Positions 49,703 to 59,623 of a stretch of DNA of 64,000 nt are shown piece after piece. Source of the DNA: Alkalispirochaeta sp. Its GTDB lineage: Bacteria; Spirochaetota; Spirochaetia; DSM-27196; Alkalispirochaetaceae. Every line of letters starts with the position of its first letter. The first letter of the stretch is position 1. The notes under the pieces are model-generated. The model was not told where the DNA came from. It worked only from the letters and a program-made list of their open reading frames with translations, and made no database searches. The stretch is taken from positions 4,064,001 through 4,128,000 of the forward strand of contig OZ271854.1 of NCBI GenBank assembly GCA_965601925.1. The letters run 5' to 3'. The translations under genes were made by a program, and so were the position numbers.

Positions 49703-49873
49703 CTCTGCGTGCTCATTATCATTGGTTGTTTGAGTATAGGCGGACGGAGGCCTCCAGCCAATAGTAACGGGGTGTGACTATATCATCTCAACCTCGGGCA
49801 AAGGATGCAGCGTCCGACTCCATGAAATAGGTTTATCGTTGAAAGCATTGGAGATTGGAATTACTATTTGCAC

Positions 49874-50740
49874 ATGCCTGACCTTCTATCCTCGGCAAAA
49901 CTGTCCGCAGCGGTTGAGGAAATCGTAACGTCGGCAAAAAAGCATCTGGTAATTGTCAGTCCATATCTGCGGTTCAACCGTATCATTTACGAGCGGTTAT
50001 TTACCACCGTTCAACACGGTGTACCGACCGTTCTTCTCTATGGGAAGAGTGAGCTCTCGAGCGCAGAAGAACGGAAGGTGAAAGCGATCGATCGACTCGC
50101 CGTATTCTATCTGGATAATCTACATGCCAAGGTCTATCTAAATGAGTCTAAGGCGGTAGTGACGTCACTCAATCTCCACGAGTATTCGGAACGAAACAAC
50201 TGGGAAATTGGTGTTACTCTCGGTCCGGAAGAAGGGACATCGTGGACCGACTTACTGACCGAACGAAGTAGGCACCATGATTCGCGCCGCGGAGCCGCGA
50301 CAAGGTCGATTCGACGCCGAACTCATCCGTCCATTCGATTACGCGACGCAATCAACGAACTGTTCCCCGAGTTTGCTCCGCGGATCGAACAACATGAGAA
50401 TCCATTCTCCGGTAGCTTCGCTTCGATAGAGGTCGACAGCTTTGGATATCCCGGTCTATCGCTTAGCGTAGATGACAGGCGTTCCGAGTTTGTGGTGTCG
50501 ATCCCCGACGAGGAACGAAGCAGTTTGTTAGAAAAATTGGAGCGTCACGATTTCGGACCCAACTATCGCGTTTATGTCAATGACCACCCTCCAGAAGTGA
50601 CGGTATACAAGAGTGAGTTTTACCGCGACAGATGGTCGACGGTGAACACCGATGCTCGGATCGAGTATGTCTGTGGCGGTGTATCGTTGGTCGGTCGATT
50701 CTTGTTATCGAGCTTGAAGAGTATTACCACGGATACATAA
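49874..50740 (+). CDS. Phospholipase D-like (single HKD) nuclease-domain protein
   Basis: IVSPY, LHAKVYL...TSLNL...NWEIG. Confidence 0.8.
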   Translation: MPDLLSSAKLSAAVEEIVTSAKKHLVIVSPYLRFNRIIYERLFTTVQHGVPTVLLYGKSELSSAEERKVKAIDRLAVFYLDNLHAKVYLNESKAVVTSLNLHEYSERNNWEIGVTLGPEEGTSWTDLLTERSRHHDSRRGAATRSIRRRTHPSIRLRDAINELFPEFAPRIEQHENPFSGSFASIEVDSFGYPGLSLSVDDRRSEFVVSIPDEERSSLLEKLERHDFGPNYRVYVNDHPPEVTVYKSEFYRDRWSTVNTDARIEYVCGGVSLVGRFLLSSLKSITTDT

Positions 50741-50832
50741 GCGACGCATCAACGGAAATGAGGCCGCCCATATGAACTCGCCCCGACAAGGGCATAAACC
50801 TCACCGGCGCCGCCCCTACCAACTCCCGGCCC

Positions 50833-52641
50833 CTACGACGTCTTAAACCGCAGAATCTCGTTATTGAGCTCCTCGATCGTACGCCCGTTGTGTTGTTGTT
50901 GGGTGTACACCTCTTGGGTCTTCCGAGTGACCCGTTCCGCCCCGGCATCGATCCCACGGACACGCTCCAGCACCTCACCGGAGATCTCGGCGATGTTCGT
51001 CTCCGCCTTTTGGATGCCGGAGATACCCGTCTTGATTTCACCCGCGCTGGAGCTGATCTGGTGTGTAATGTCCGAGAGTTGCGAGATCGACTTCAACACT
51101 TCATCGGAGTTGGTAGCCATCTCTACCATGGAGTTACTGACCTCGACAAAGGCGCCGGTAAACTCGTCCACCTCGTCCTGGATGCTTTGAAAGCTCTCGA
51201 TATTCTGCGCGCTCGCATCCGCCGCCTTTACGATGAACCCCATCGTCGTGTTCAGGAGCTCGCGAATTTTCTTGGCGTTGACGGTCGTGGATTCCGCGAG
51301 ACTACGGATCTCCTGGGCGACGACGGAGAATCCGGCTCCGTGCTGCCCCGCGTGGGCCGCCTCGATCGCCGCATTCATCGCCAGGAGGTTCGTCTGGGCG
51401 GCGACGGTGTCGATGATTTCGACGACGCGGTGAATCTCGCGTGCGTTTTCCGCCGCCGTAGCGATTTGCTTGTTCGCCTCGTCGGTGTGCTTGCGTCCGT
51501 CTCCGACAACGGCGGCCACCGAATGCGCAGCCTCCGCTCTGCCGGTGGCGATACCGGTTATGTTGCGGATCGTCCCCACCATCTCTTCGGTCGAGGTGGA
51601 GGACTGCACGATCGCGGCGGATTGCGCGGAGATCATGTCGTTCAATGAGCCGATCGTGTGGGAGATCTCGGTAACCGCCGACGAGGACGAGGTGATATTG
51701 TCGTCCAGCGCCTCGAACTGCTCCTTGATCGACCGAATGCCGGCCGAAATCTCCGCCAAGGAGGTGTTTGCCTCGCCGATCGACTGCGCCGTGGCCTCTT
51801 TCATCGCCAGCGAGTCTTGCGCCACGGTCTTCATCCGCTCGAATACGACGTCGAGACCGTCCAAGGTACTGTCGATGTGGCCCGATAGCGCGCCGAGCTC
51901 GTCCTTGGATGTAGAGGCGAGGCGAATCGAAAAATCCTGATCCGAGACAGATTTCATGACCGCCTCGATACTCTGAATGCGCTTCGCAAGGTTCCCGGCG
52001 ACCAAACTGCCGATCAGGAGCGAGATCAGGGCGATCGCCACGGCGACGACGACGAACCAAGTGTTGATTCGGCGCTGCTGTGCCGCAATGCTCTCTTCCA
52101 CCCGTTCTATGAGGCCCAGGAGACTCTCCGCAAAGAACTGGGTGAATTGAACCTTCGCCTCGTTGATCTGCGTATTGAGAGCGAAGAGCGTAGCGACATC
52201 TCCGGTGGACATCGCGATCAGTATTCCCGTGCGCAGCGCACCGTGGTCCGCCTCATAGGCGGCGAGAGCAGCTTCGATTCGGTCCATGCGCTCGTTCCCC
52301 AACTCCCACATCCGCGTGAAATCACTCAGTTGCTCGGCTGTTGCGGACTCCAAGGCGAGCTCGGCCAGGAGTGGGGAGGTCAAAAACCCTACGATGACCT
52401 CCGACGCTTCGAGGCGATTCGCTTGCCACGTTCGGCGTGTGTTATCCATCGAGGAGGTCGAGGCGAGCTCATTCAGATCGCTGTTGAGACGCGCTATCAT
52501 CGCGTATCCGTATAACCCGTCGCGTTGCAAATCGTCGAGTGCCCGCAGGTGCGCATCGCTGTACAACGAGAGTCCGATCATCAACGGGAAGGCGATGATT
52601 GCACTGACGGAAATGAAGGAAAGTTTCGACCTCACGTTCAT
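50833..52641 (-). CDS. Methyl-accepting chemotaxis protein
   Basis: Two TM segments, [21 protein letters not shown]. Confidence 0.92.
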   Translation of the reverse strand: MNVRSKLSFISVSAIIAFPLMIGLSLYSDAHLRALDDLQRDGLYGYAMIARLNSDLNELASTSSMDNTRRTWQANRLEASEVIVGFLTSPLLAELALESATAEQLSDFTRMWELGNERMDRIEAALAAYEADHGALRTGILIAMSTGDVATLFALNTQINEAKVQFTQFFAESLLGLIERVEESIAAQQRRINTWFVVVAVAIALISLLIGSLVAGNLAKRIQSIEAVMKSVSDQDFSIRLASTSKDELGALSGHIDSTLDGLDVVFERMKTVAQDSLAMKEATAQSIGEANTSLAEISAGIRSIKEQFEALDDNITSSSSAVTEISHTIGSLNDMISAQSAAIVQSSTSTEEMVGTIRNITGIATGRAEAAHSVAAVVGDGRKHTDEANKQIATAAENAREIHRVVEIIDTVAAQTNLLAMNAAIEAAHAGQHGAGFSVVAQEIRSLAESTTVNAKKIRELLNTTMGFIVKAADASAQNIESFQSIQDEVDEFTGAFVEVSNSMVEMATNSDEVLKSISQLSDITHQISSSAGEIKTGISGIQKAETNIAEISGEVLERVRGIDAGAERVTRKTQEVYTQQQHNGRTIEELNNEILRFKTS

Positions 52642-52875
52642 TGATAGGTCCCCCAATCTGCGGTCGGCGGTCGTACGGATAGCGATCGTTAGTGGGTGGT
52701 AATAGTATCGTCTATTCTACTATTTGCAAAGTTCATGGTGCACCACCCCGGAGACACTGAGTGCACGGCGCACTACGCGGGGCGGGCCGTTCGGGATCGT
52801 CGCCGTGGCGAGATGCCGAACGACCCGACCACTCTTCCGCAGCCCGTGCAGCCGGCTTTTATGGTATGAATAGAT

Positions 52876-53406
52876 ATGCAACACGGAACCGTAACGACCA
52901 TACGACCGGTCCGCCGGAGCGATACGGAACAGCTCTTAGCGTTTCTCCACATCCTCGACTCGGAGACGAAGTTCATGATGCACGAACCGGGGGAGCGGAA
53001 GACGACGGTGGCGGAGCAGGCGGCTATCGTCGCCGACTTTGTGTCGAATCCGACAAAGGCGATGTTCGTCGCCGTCGAAGAGGGCTCGCCGGAGATCGGA
53101 GGCTACATCGTGGGGATCGGCGGCGAGCACGCGAGGAACGTACACACTCTCTGGTGCGCCGTCGGCGTCCGCCGGGTCGTCTCGGGGCGAGGTGTCGGCA
53201 CACGGCTTCTACATAGTCTGGAGTCGTAGGCCCGGGAGCGCGCCTTTCACCGCATCGAGCTCACGGTAATGGAGCACAACGAGCGAGCGGTAGCGCTGTA
53301 CACTCGCTGCGGCTTCGAGAAGGAGGGTGTCAAGCGCGACTGCCTACTAATCGACGGCGCCTTTGTGAACGAGCTCTACATGGCCAAGCTGCTATCGGAG
53401 CGATAG
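52876..53406 (+). pseudogene. GNAT acetyltransferase with in-frame TAG at 53227
   Basis: GRGVGTRLL..LES-TAG-ARERAFHRIELTVMEHNERAVALYTRCGFEKEG continues in frame. Confidence 0.85.
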
Positions 53407-53456
53407 ACCGCACGCCTCTCGGTCATGGAGGCGTCCGGCCGTCGATCGCGGGGCGA

Positions 53457-54413
53457 CTATGACAAGCCTTCAAAGTAGTCGAGCAGATCGGATCGCGAAT
53501 AGGTGTAGGTCTCTTGAAGGTCACCATCGTTGTCGTACCGCTCCACTGCCAGTTCGAGTACGTTCGGCTGAATCCGCTGCTCCAGATAGTCCGCCAGTGC
53601 ATCCGGATCCTCGAACATCGCCTCGGTGATCGAGATCGTCTCGTCGTCGCCGAATCCGAAACTAGCGATGAAGTTACCGGTCGGATCGCTGCTCAAAGAC
53701 GAATCGACCGAAATCGCAAGCAGGATAATGGCCGAAGTCGCGTACGCCGCGTCGATCTGTATAGGGACCCCGTCGACGTCGTATGTCGGTACGATCTCCA
53801 GATTGGCGTTCACCGCCATGGCAAGCTTGGCCGCGGGCACGAAGACATCTTCCAACCCGTTCCGCGCGTCGCTCACCGTAACGATTACTTCGCCGAGACT
53901 CGCCTCCAGATCGACTCTTCGGAACGCCCCGGCGTCTCCGATATTCTCGTCCCACGCGATGCTCGCTTGGGCGTCGGCGCTCCCGGAGACAGAGATCGTT
54001 CCGGTGTTTCCCGTCCCGTCGGCGAAATCGAGCGTCTCGTCGGTAAGCGATCCGGTGACGCCGATCGACTCAGGAATATCCTGGAGATCGAATAGATCCT
54101 CAGGCGTTACGGTGAACTGCCCGCTCGTCGGCTCCCATTCGTCGTTTGCGCTTAGAAAGTCGCCGACGTTGAGGCCGATTAACCCGACCCCGGCGATAAT
54201 CGCGTCGAGCACCTCGTTTTTGCCCGTCGGCGGCGTCCCGCCGGCGACCGTTCCGAGATCGCTCGGGTCCACCGTCTCGGTAAGCGTCACCTCGCCGACG
54301 CCGTCGACACTCGGTCCGGTCGAGGCGTCCCCGTTCGTCGGATTGTCACACGCGATCAACAGTGCGACAACCATCGCTGCGATCGTGACGATCCCAAACC
54401 ACGTTCTTCGCAT
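53457..54413 (-). CDS. Acidic hypothetical lipoprotein
   Basis: LIAC lipobox; D/E/T-rich. Confidence 0.8.
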   Translation of the reverse strand: MRRTWFGIVTIAAMVVALLIACDNPTNGDASTGPSVDGVGEVTLTETVDPSDLGTVAGGTPPTGKNEVLDAIIAGVGLIGLNVGDFLSANDEWEPTSGQFTVTPEDLFDLQDIPESIGVTGSLTDETLDFADGTGNTGTISVSGSADAQASIAWDENIGDAGAFRRVDLEASLGEVIVTVSDARNGLEDVFVPAAKLAMAVNANLEIVPTYDVDGVPIQIDAAYATSAIILLAISVDSSLSSDPTGNFIASFGFGDDETISITEAMFEDPDALADYLEQRIQPNVLELAVERYDNDGDLQETYTYSRSDLLDYFEGLS

Positions 54414-54506
54414 AGTGAGCCCCCGGTTCGTCGTTCCGTGTGTTAATAGGGAGTATACCATACGGATGCCGATCGCGGGTCGTGAACCCGTACGCACAAC
54501 AGCTCG

Positions 54507-54659
54507 TTAGGCGGCGGCGACCGCTTCGTCGATCGGCGTTGGGCCTTCCCACAGTTCCAGCGTCGCGCCGACGGTGTTCTCGTGCGTAAGCACCGCCACC
54601 AGCGTACGCGCCACGATGCACGCCGTCCTTCCGTGTACCCCTGCAATTAAAACGGTCAT
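54507..54659 (-). pseudogene. Internally deleted NAD(P)H-binding atypical SDR relic
   Basis: GGAGG RBS; MTVLIAGVHGRTA fused directly to VARTLVAVLTHENTVGATLELWEGPTPIDEAV. Confidence 0.65.
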
Positions 54660-54757
54660 GTATCCTCCCTCGGTCAACGTCGATACCGATCCGTCCGACG
54701 CACCACGCTTCTGCGACGCCGCTCACGTCGAAGTCGCCGACGGCGTAACAAACATCC

Positions 54758-54952
54758 TCAATGCGGAGGCGGGAGTATAGGAAAATTCCGAGAGGACGGC
54801 GTGCTCATGCTCACGTAGAACTGGTACTCCTCGCGGGCGTGAAGCGGGAACGCCTCCTCGTCTCCGGCGGCGAAACGGTGCGCCTCAAAGATGATATCGT
54901 GATGGCGGTGTGCGTCTACCGACGAATAGGCGTATTCCATCTTCCTCGCCAC
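54758..54952 (-). pseudogene. Possible AraC ligand-binding (cupin) N-terminal relic
   Basis: FPLHAREEYQF resembles the FPxHxHEEY motif; no HTH follows. Confidence 0.4.
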
Positions 54953-55385
54953 GCTCTCGGTTGACGATGCGCCCCTCGGGAACCGTAATGTTCTCCGGTC
55001 CGCCGATCATCGTCGCATCGATCGCGTTGGTTATCGGAGGAGCGATCGCCGGCGCCCCCATCTGGTGGCTGGTACTCAATCCTTTGGTCGCGCTTACGGT
55101 GCCGCCGGTGGTAGGGCGCGGTTTACCGGCTCCCCTGGGCGGCTATGTCCTCACTGCGGGCGGCAGTTTAGGATTTGCGGTGTTCGGTCTCGCAACGATG
55201 CTTATCGTGTAGTTCCTTGCGGTCCGAGACGGGTTTTTCCGTCATGCACGTAATCCCTACGATACAGTCGGCTATTTGGCGATGTATGTACCTATAGAGG
55301 TCGGCGAGGATCGATTCGGCTTCCGTCCCGGAGTTCTACAAGTACCGTTAGGCGCAGACGAGGCGGCTGGAATCATAGTACCGCG

Positions 55386-56333
55386 TCAGCTTAAAGCGGC
55401 GGGTTCGCCGGAACCGGCGGCTGTCTTCAAGTTCGCAATCATACTTTGACTGCGCTTGCTCATCATGCGCATCAGCGTCAGCGCTTTTTCAGAATCTTCC
55501 ACAAATCGTTTCAGGAAAACATCTCTCGTCATCACCATCATTTGCACGTCGGTTTTGGCTACAACATCGGCGCTGCGACATTCGTCGGTGATTATCGCCA
55601 GCTCGCCGAACATTTCACCGGGTTCCAGCGTAGCGAAAACGTGCTGATTCTCCGGTAATCGTACTTCGGCTATACCATCGATAATGATAAAGGCCTCGTT
55701 ACCCTTGTCTCCCGCTCTGACGATGTGTTCACCGGCCTTACAAAACCATCTTTGATAGTCCATGATGAAATCATACATTTGATTTTTCTTAATAAAATTA
55801 ATGAAATAATCCTTCAAATCATTTATATCAAGAAGTAAAGGTAGTACCTGGTAATCCAGGTGAGGATCGTGAAATTGATCGCCCACCTGTTCAAACCCGA
55901 TACGTCTTAGCAACGGAGCGATGGCAGGGTTAATGGGGGCGACCACATGAGTAACGTTATGGGAAATGGCATAGTAGCCGGCCATCAGGATCAAACCCAT
56001 AGCGATTTTCTCGCCACGAAAATCCTGATGGACACAAAACATACCTGCATGCATGAGCCGAGCATCTTCCGGTACATGAGGCCGGTAGTTGAAATAGTTG
56101 TCGGCAGGCAGTCCGCATACATCATCTAATGAAAACCGAAATGCCCCCACCGTGCGATTGCCGTGTTGCGCGATGAGCTGCACCGTGGATGGAAATGAAT
56201 CAAATTTATCGTACAAACGAGCGTCATCATTCGCTTTTAAGATATGTTCCTGCTCGACAAACACGGTATGTCTCAGCAAAAAAACGCTGTCTATTTCCTG
56301 TGTTGTCTCAGCTATTCGCATGCGTATCGGCAT
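55386..56333 (-). CDS. LuxI/FeeM-fold acyltransferase fused to C-terminal cNMP-binding domain
   Basis: LRHTVFVE, DKFD, VGAFR, LRRIGF; GEMFGELAII...RSADVVA; AAGGAG RBS. Confidence 0.8.
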   Translation of the reverse strand: MPIRMRIAETTQEIDSVFLLRHTVFVEQEHILKANDDARLYDKFDSFPSTVQLIAQHGNRTVGAFRFSLDDVCGLPADNYFNYRPHVPEDARLMHAGMFCVHQDFRGEKIAMGLILMAGYYAISHNVTHVVAPINPAIAPLLRRIGFEQVGDQFHDPHLDYQVLPLLLDINDLKDYFINFIKKNQMYDFIMDYQRWFCKAGEHIVRAGDKGNEAFIIIDGIAEVRLPENQHVFATLEPGEMFGELAIITDECRSADVVAKTDVQMMVMTRDVFLKRFVEDSEKALTLMRMMSKRSQSMIANLKTAAGSGEPAALS

Positions 56334-56342
56334 AACGGCTCC

Positions 56343-57239
56343 TTACTTTTTTGAAGTCGAAACGGCCACGGCACCATATTCACCTCGGTGAACCGGACCC
56401 GTATAGTGTTGAAGAAAGTCCGCTCTGAAGTCTTCACCGTTTGCCGTCCGGGTAAGCGTAAAATCTGTTTTTTCCATAAAATCACCGAGATGACCTTCAG
56501 GACATATCCAGCTCAACGGCTCTTTTTTAAACGTGAGATAAAGCTTCAATAATGGCCCGTAAGACTGAGGATGACTGGAAGCCGGTTCCAGGGCGGTAAA
56601 TACAAGGTGTCGTTTGGGATGATGCAATAGGTCTACCAGAGATGAAAACAAGTGGTGTATTTGCTCCGGCGTTAGGTACATCAATACCCCTTCTACTATG
56701 CTTACGGTAGGTCGTTGTGCATCAAAACCGGAAAAGCCGCCCAATTCTTCAGCCAGAGTTTGATGGGTAAAATCCACCGGCAAAAAATGTAGGTTGGCGA
56801 GTTTGTGCTTCGCATCCGACAAGGCCGCGGCTTTTACGCTATGCGTGGCGGGGTGATCAACTTCAATACAGTGTAGTTCAGGGCTCTCTTCCGCCAGCCG
56901 GTAGAGAAGCGTATCAAAACCGGCGCCAAGGTTTATCACCTGAGTCGCGCCGTCACCAATTGCTGCTCTGACATGGCGTTCAATGAAGGCCTTGCGCAAA
57001 CCATAATGCAGGCTGATGTTAGGTAGCACTAGCTTTTCCATAAATCGCAAAAATGCCTTACCTGCAGTACTGGTCATTTGTCTTAGTCTTTTTCGCCCCT
57101 CCCGTGAGCTATTCAGAACATGCAGTCCGATGTCACGGGTTTTGCCACTCACCAAATGTTGGTATTCAGGGTTTGCCGCGATAAGCATCAATCCTTGCAG
57201 AACGGTATAAGCAGTTGAGCTGGCCTTGTTGTCTGTCAT
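56343..57239 (-). CDS. SAM-dependent methyltransferase, leucine-carboxyl-methyltransferase (LCM) family
   Basis: QVINLGAGFDT, EVDHP, EGVLMYL. Confidence 0.85.
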   Translation of the reverse strand: MTDNKASSTAYTVLQGLMLIAANPEYQHLVSGKTRDIGLHVLNSSREGRKRLRQMTSTAGKAFLRFMEKLVLPNISLHYGLRKAFIERHVRAAIGDGATQVINLGAGFDTLLYRLAEESPELHCIEVDHPATHSVKAAALSDAKHKLANLHFLPVDFTHQTLAEELGGFSGFDAQRPTVSIVEGVLMYLTPEQIHHLFSSLVDLLHHPKRHLVFTALEPASSHPQSYGPLLKLYLTFKKEPLSWICPEGHLGDFMEKTDFTLTRTANGEDFRADFLQHYTGPVHRGEYGAVAVSTSKK

Positions 57240-57724
57240 GTCTATAGTTCGAAAATAGGAAACGGTATCTCGAAGGGCAAGCGCAAAATCACGCCGACGA
57301 GGGAGTTACTACGAAAGCGCGGCGTGCGCCGGGATGTCAGTCGCCGAACATCGGTATACTCGCTCGGATAGGTCGGTTAGCCCCTGAAGCTGTGTATCCA
57401 TGATCGCGCCGGACGAGGGTACACAGCCATGAGCGTCCAATCCCCGGTGCTTCCATAAGAGCACTACGTACGGAACAATACGGAGAGCCGGTAACGCTGC
57501 CGAGCGTGGGAATCTTTGCCGACGGCGTGGCGCGGTAGCGTCCGTTCGGCCGGGGGCCCACGCCCGCTCGGCCGACAGACATTCAGGCGGTGACCGGCAC
57601 CGGTCGATGCCGCCGCGCGGAAGCGGCCCGCTACACGTCCGGTACCGCCTATGCGGAAAGAGAGCCGTTTAGCCCCGCGTTCTCCCCGGGTCCCCGGGGG
57701 AAAGCGGGAGTGGTGGTGCCGGTC

Positions 57725-59104
57725 CTAACGCGTCGCGGGCTGCGCGGCGTAGCGCATCTCGCCGCACTTGAGACGCCTGAACTCCGGTATCACCATACAT
57801 GCGGCGATGATCACCACGGCGATATCGATAAGGAGTGACCCCAAGTAGATCCACCGCATACCGAACAATCGCGGCAAAATCAGCATGACCGGTACGTAGA
57901 AAACCAGCTGACGGACGATGCCGATGAGCGCCGCCGGCCCGCCCTTGTCGATGGCGGGATAGAAGGTCATCGCCATGAATATCAGGGGCAGGACGGGCAC
58001 GACGAGAAGAAATATCCGGTAGTTGTCGATGCTCGACGCGGCAAACTGCGAGGCGGGAAAAATGAGAGAGAGTACCGGTACCGGGAAAAGCATCAGCCCG
58101 ACCCAGAACGGCAGAATTACAAAGAGCGCCGCGGCGGTGAATATCCAGAACGCCTTCACGACACGGTCGTTTTGTCCGGCACCGAAATTGATGCCCACCA
58201 CAGGCTGCAGCGCCCGCGTCAGCCCGATAATCGGCATGAGTAACAAGCCGAGAATACGGAATACCGCGCCGTAGAAGGCGAGCTCCCGCACCGATCCGTA
58301 GCGAGAGATGGCGTTGTACACGACGACGGCTTGGAGCAGACTCATGACCATCATAATGAGCGACGAGGCGCCCATGGAGAGAATCGACTTCACGATCTTC
58401 GGATCGCGATGTAGGGAGAACGGCTCCGCCGGGAAGGAGGCTCTCGGCCCGCCGAAGTAGAGAAAGCCCAACAGAACGTACACCGCCATACCGATATTGG
58501 TACCCCACGCAGCACCCGTGACGCCCCATTCGAACGCGACGATGAATAGGTAATTAAATACGATATTCACCGCGAGTCCGATTCCCATTATTAATGCCGC
58601 GGACTTCATGTTGCCCTCGGCGCGCACGATCATGTTCAGAGTCAATCCGTAGATCCACAACACGGCACCGATGGATGTAACCCGAAAGTACTCGACACCC
58701 AGGGCCAACGCGTCTCCGGCTCCGCCCATGAGCCGCACCAAAGGCTCCGCCGAAAGGAGTGCCGCGACGGTATAGACCGCCGAGATCAACAGCGCAAGAT
58801 AGTTCACATTTCCCAACAGGCGCTGTTGAGTACGCGTATCGTCGGCACCCAGGGCGATACTCAGGAGAGAGCCCGCACCGACACCAATAAGCGATCCGAT
58901 CCCTAAGGTCAATGATGAGAGCGGATACGCGATAGAGACGCCGGCCAGCGCCGTCTCACCGACGAATCGGCCGACGAAAATCGCGTCGAACACCGTGTTC
59001 AGCCCGAAGAGGACCATCGCGATGACCGCAGGCCAGGAGAGCGTCCACATGACCCTCCAGAGATTATCCGTAAGGATGAAGGTTCTTCGCGCCGTTTGAT
59101 CCAT
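57725..59104 (-). CDS. MATE efflux transporter
   Basis: DAIFVGRFVG..ALAG, RAEG, WGVTGAAWGT, GINFGA. Confidence 0.93.
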   Translation of the reverse strand: MDQTARRTFILTDNLWRVMWTLSWPAVIAMVLFGLNTVFDAIFVGRFVGETALAGVSIAYPLSSLTLGIGSLIGVGAGSLLSIALGADDTRTQQRLLGNVNYLALLISAVYTVAALLSAEPLVRLMGGAGDALALGVEYFRVTSIGAVLWIYGLTLNMIVRAEGNMKSAALIMGIGLAVNIVFNYLFIVAFEWGVTGAAWGTNIGMAVYVLLGFLYFGGPRASFPAEPFSLHRDPKIVKSILSMGASSLIMMVMSLLQAVVVYNAISRYGSVRELAFYGAVFRILGLLLMPIIGLTRALQPVVGINFGAGQNDRVVKAFWIFTAAALFVILPFWVGLMLFPVPVLSLIFPASQFAASSIDNYRIFLLVVPVLPLIFMAMTFYPAIDKGGPAALIGIVRQLVFYVPVMLILPRLFGMRWIYLGSLLIDIAVVIIAACMVIPEFRRLKCGEMRYAAQPATR

Positions 59105-59154
59105 GTCGTGCTCCTTTCAACCGCCGCCTTCCAAGGTCGTTTCGGGCGGCATAA

Positions 59155-59190
59155 TTTTATTAATCAAAATATATTATTTGATTAATAAAA
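59155..59190. promoter_or_regulatory. AT-rich operator upstream of MATE gene
   Basis: Perfect 14-bp inverted repeat TTTTATTAATCAAA-8 bp-TTTGATTAATAAAA. Confidence 0.7.
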
Positions 59191-59337
59191 ACAACAGGCT
59201 TATGTTCACCGGGAAATCGGTAGCACGCTCTACGCGCTTCCCGGCTCGGTACACCGCCCCGGCGCCTGCAGCAGCGCGTTTGCGTTTCATCGGATGTCGC
59301 GGTAGCATACAACGCGTCAATCCTGAGGAGGTGTGTT

Positions 59338-59562
59338 GTGATAGACACAGATGCGGTCATGGGTGTGTTCAAACAGATCAAACCGCTATTCCTCGAGCAC
59401 GAGGGCAATTTTGAGGTGCTCGATATTTTCGACGACGGCGACGTACGCGTGAAGCTCATCGGCCAATGTTAGATGTGCATGTACAAAGAGAAGACCGTCC
59501 GAGCCCTTGAAAAGATGCTGGTCGCCGCCAACGCCGGCGTCACGACGATGGAAGCGGAGTAG
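59338..59562 (+). pseudogene. NifU-C/Nfu Fe-S carrier-like protein with in-frame TAG inside CxxC
   Basis: GAGGAGG RBS; IKPLFLEHEGNFEV...VRVKLIGQC-TAG(59470)-MC; absent from ORF track. Confidence 0.75.
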
Positions 59563-59623
59563 TCTCTCCGCCGCGGCGCCGACGAAATGAGTCGCGCCGT
59601 GTGAAGCGCGAAAGAGTAAGATC

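Noticed and set aside
54910..55212. Intact membrane-protein gene
   Set aside because: Hydrophobic but lacks a credible start; probably a C-terminal relic
52876..59562. Genome-wide TAG recoding
   Set aside because: TAG ends ordinary genes at expected positions (11183, 25607, 37022, 43508)
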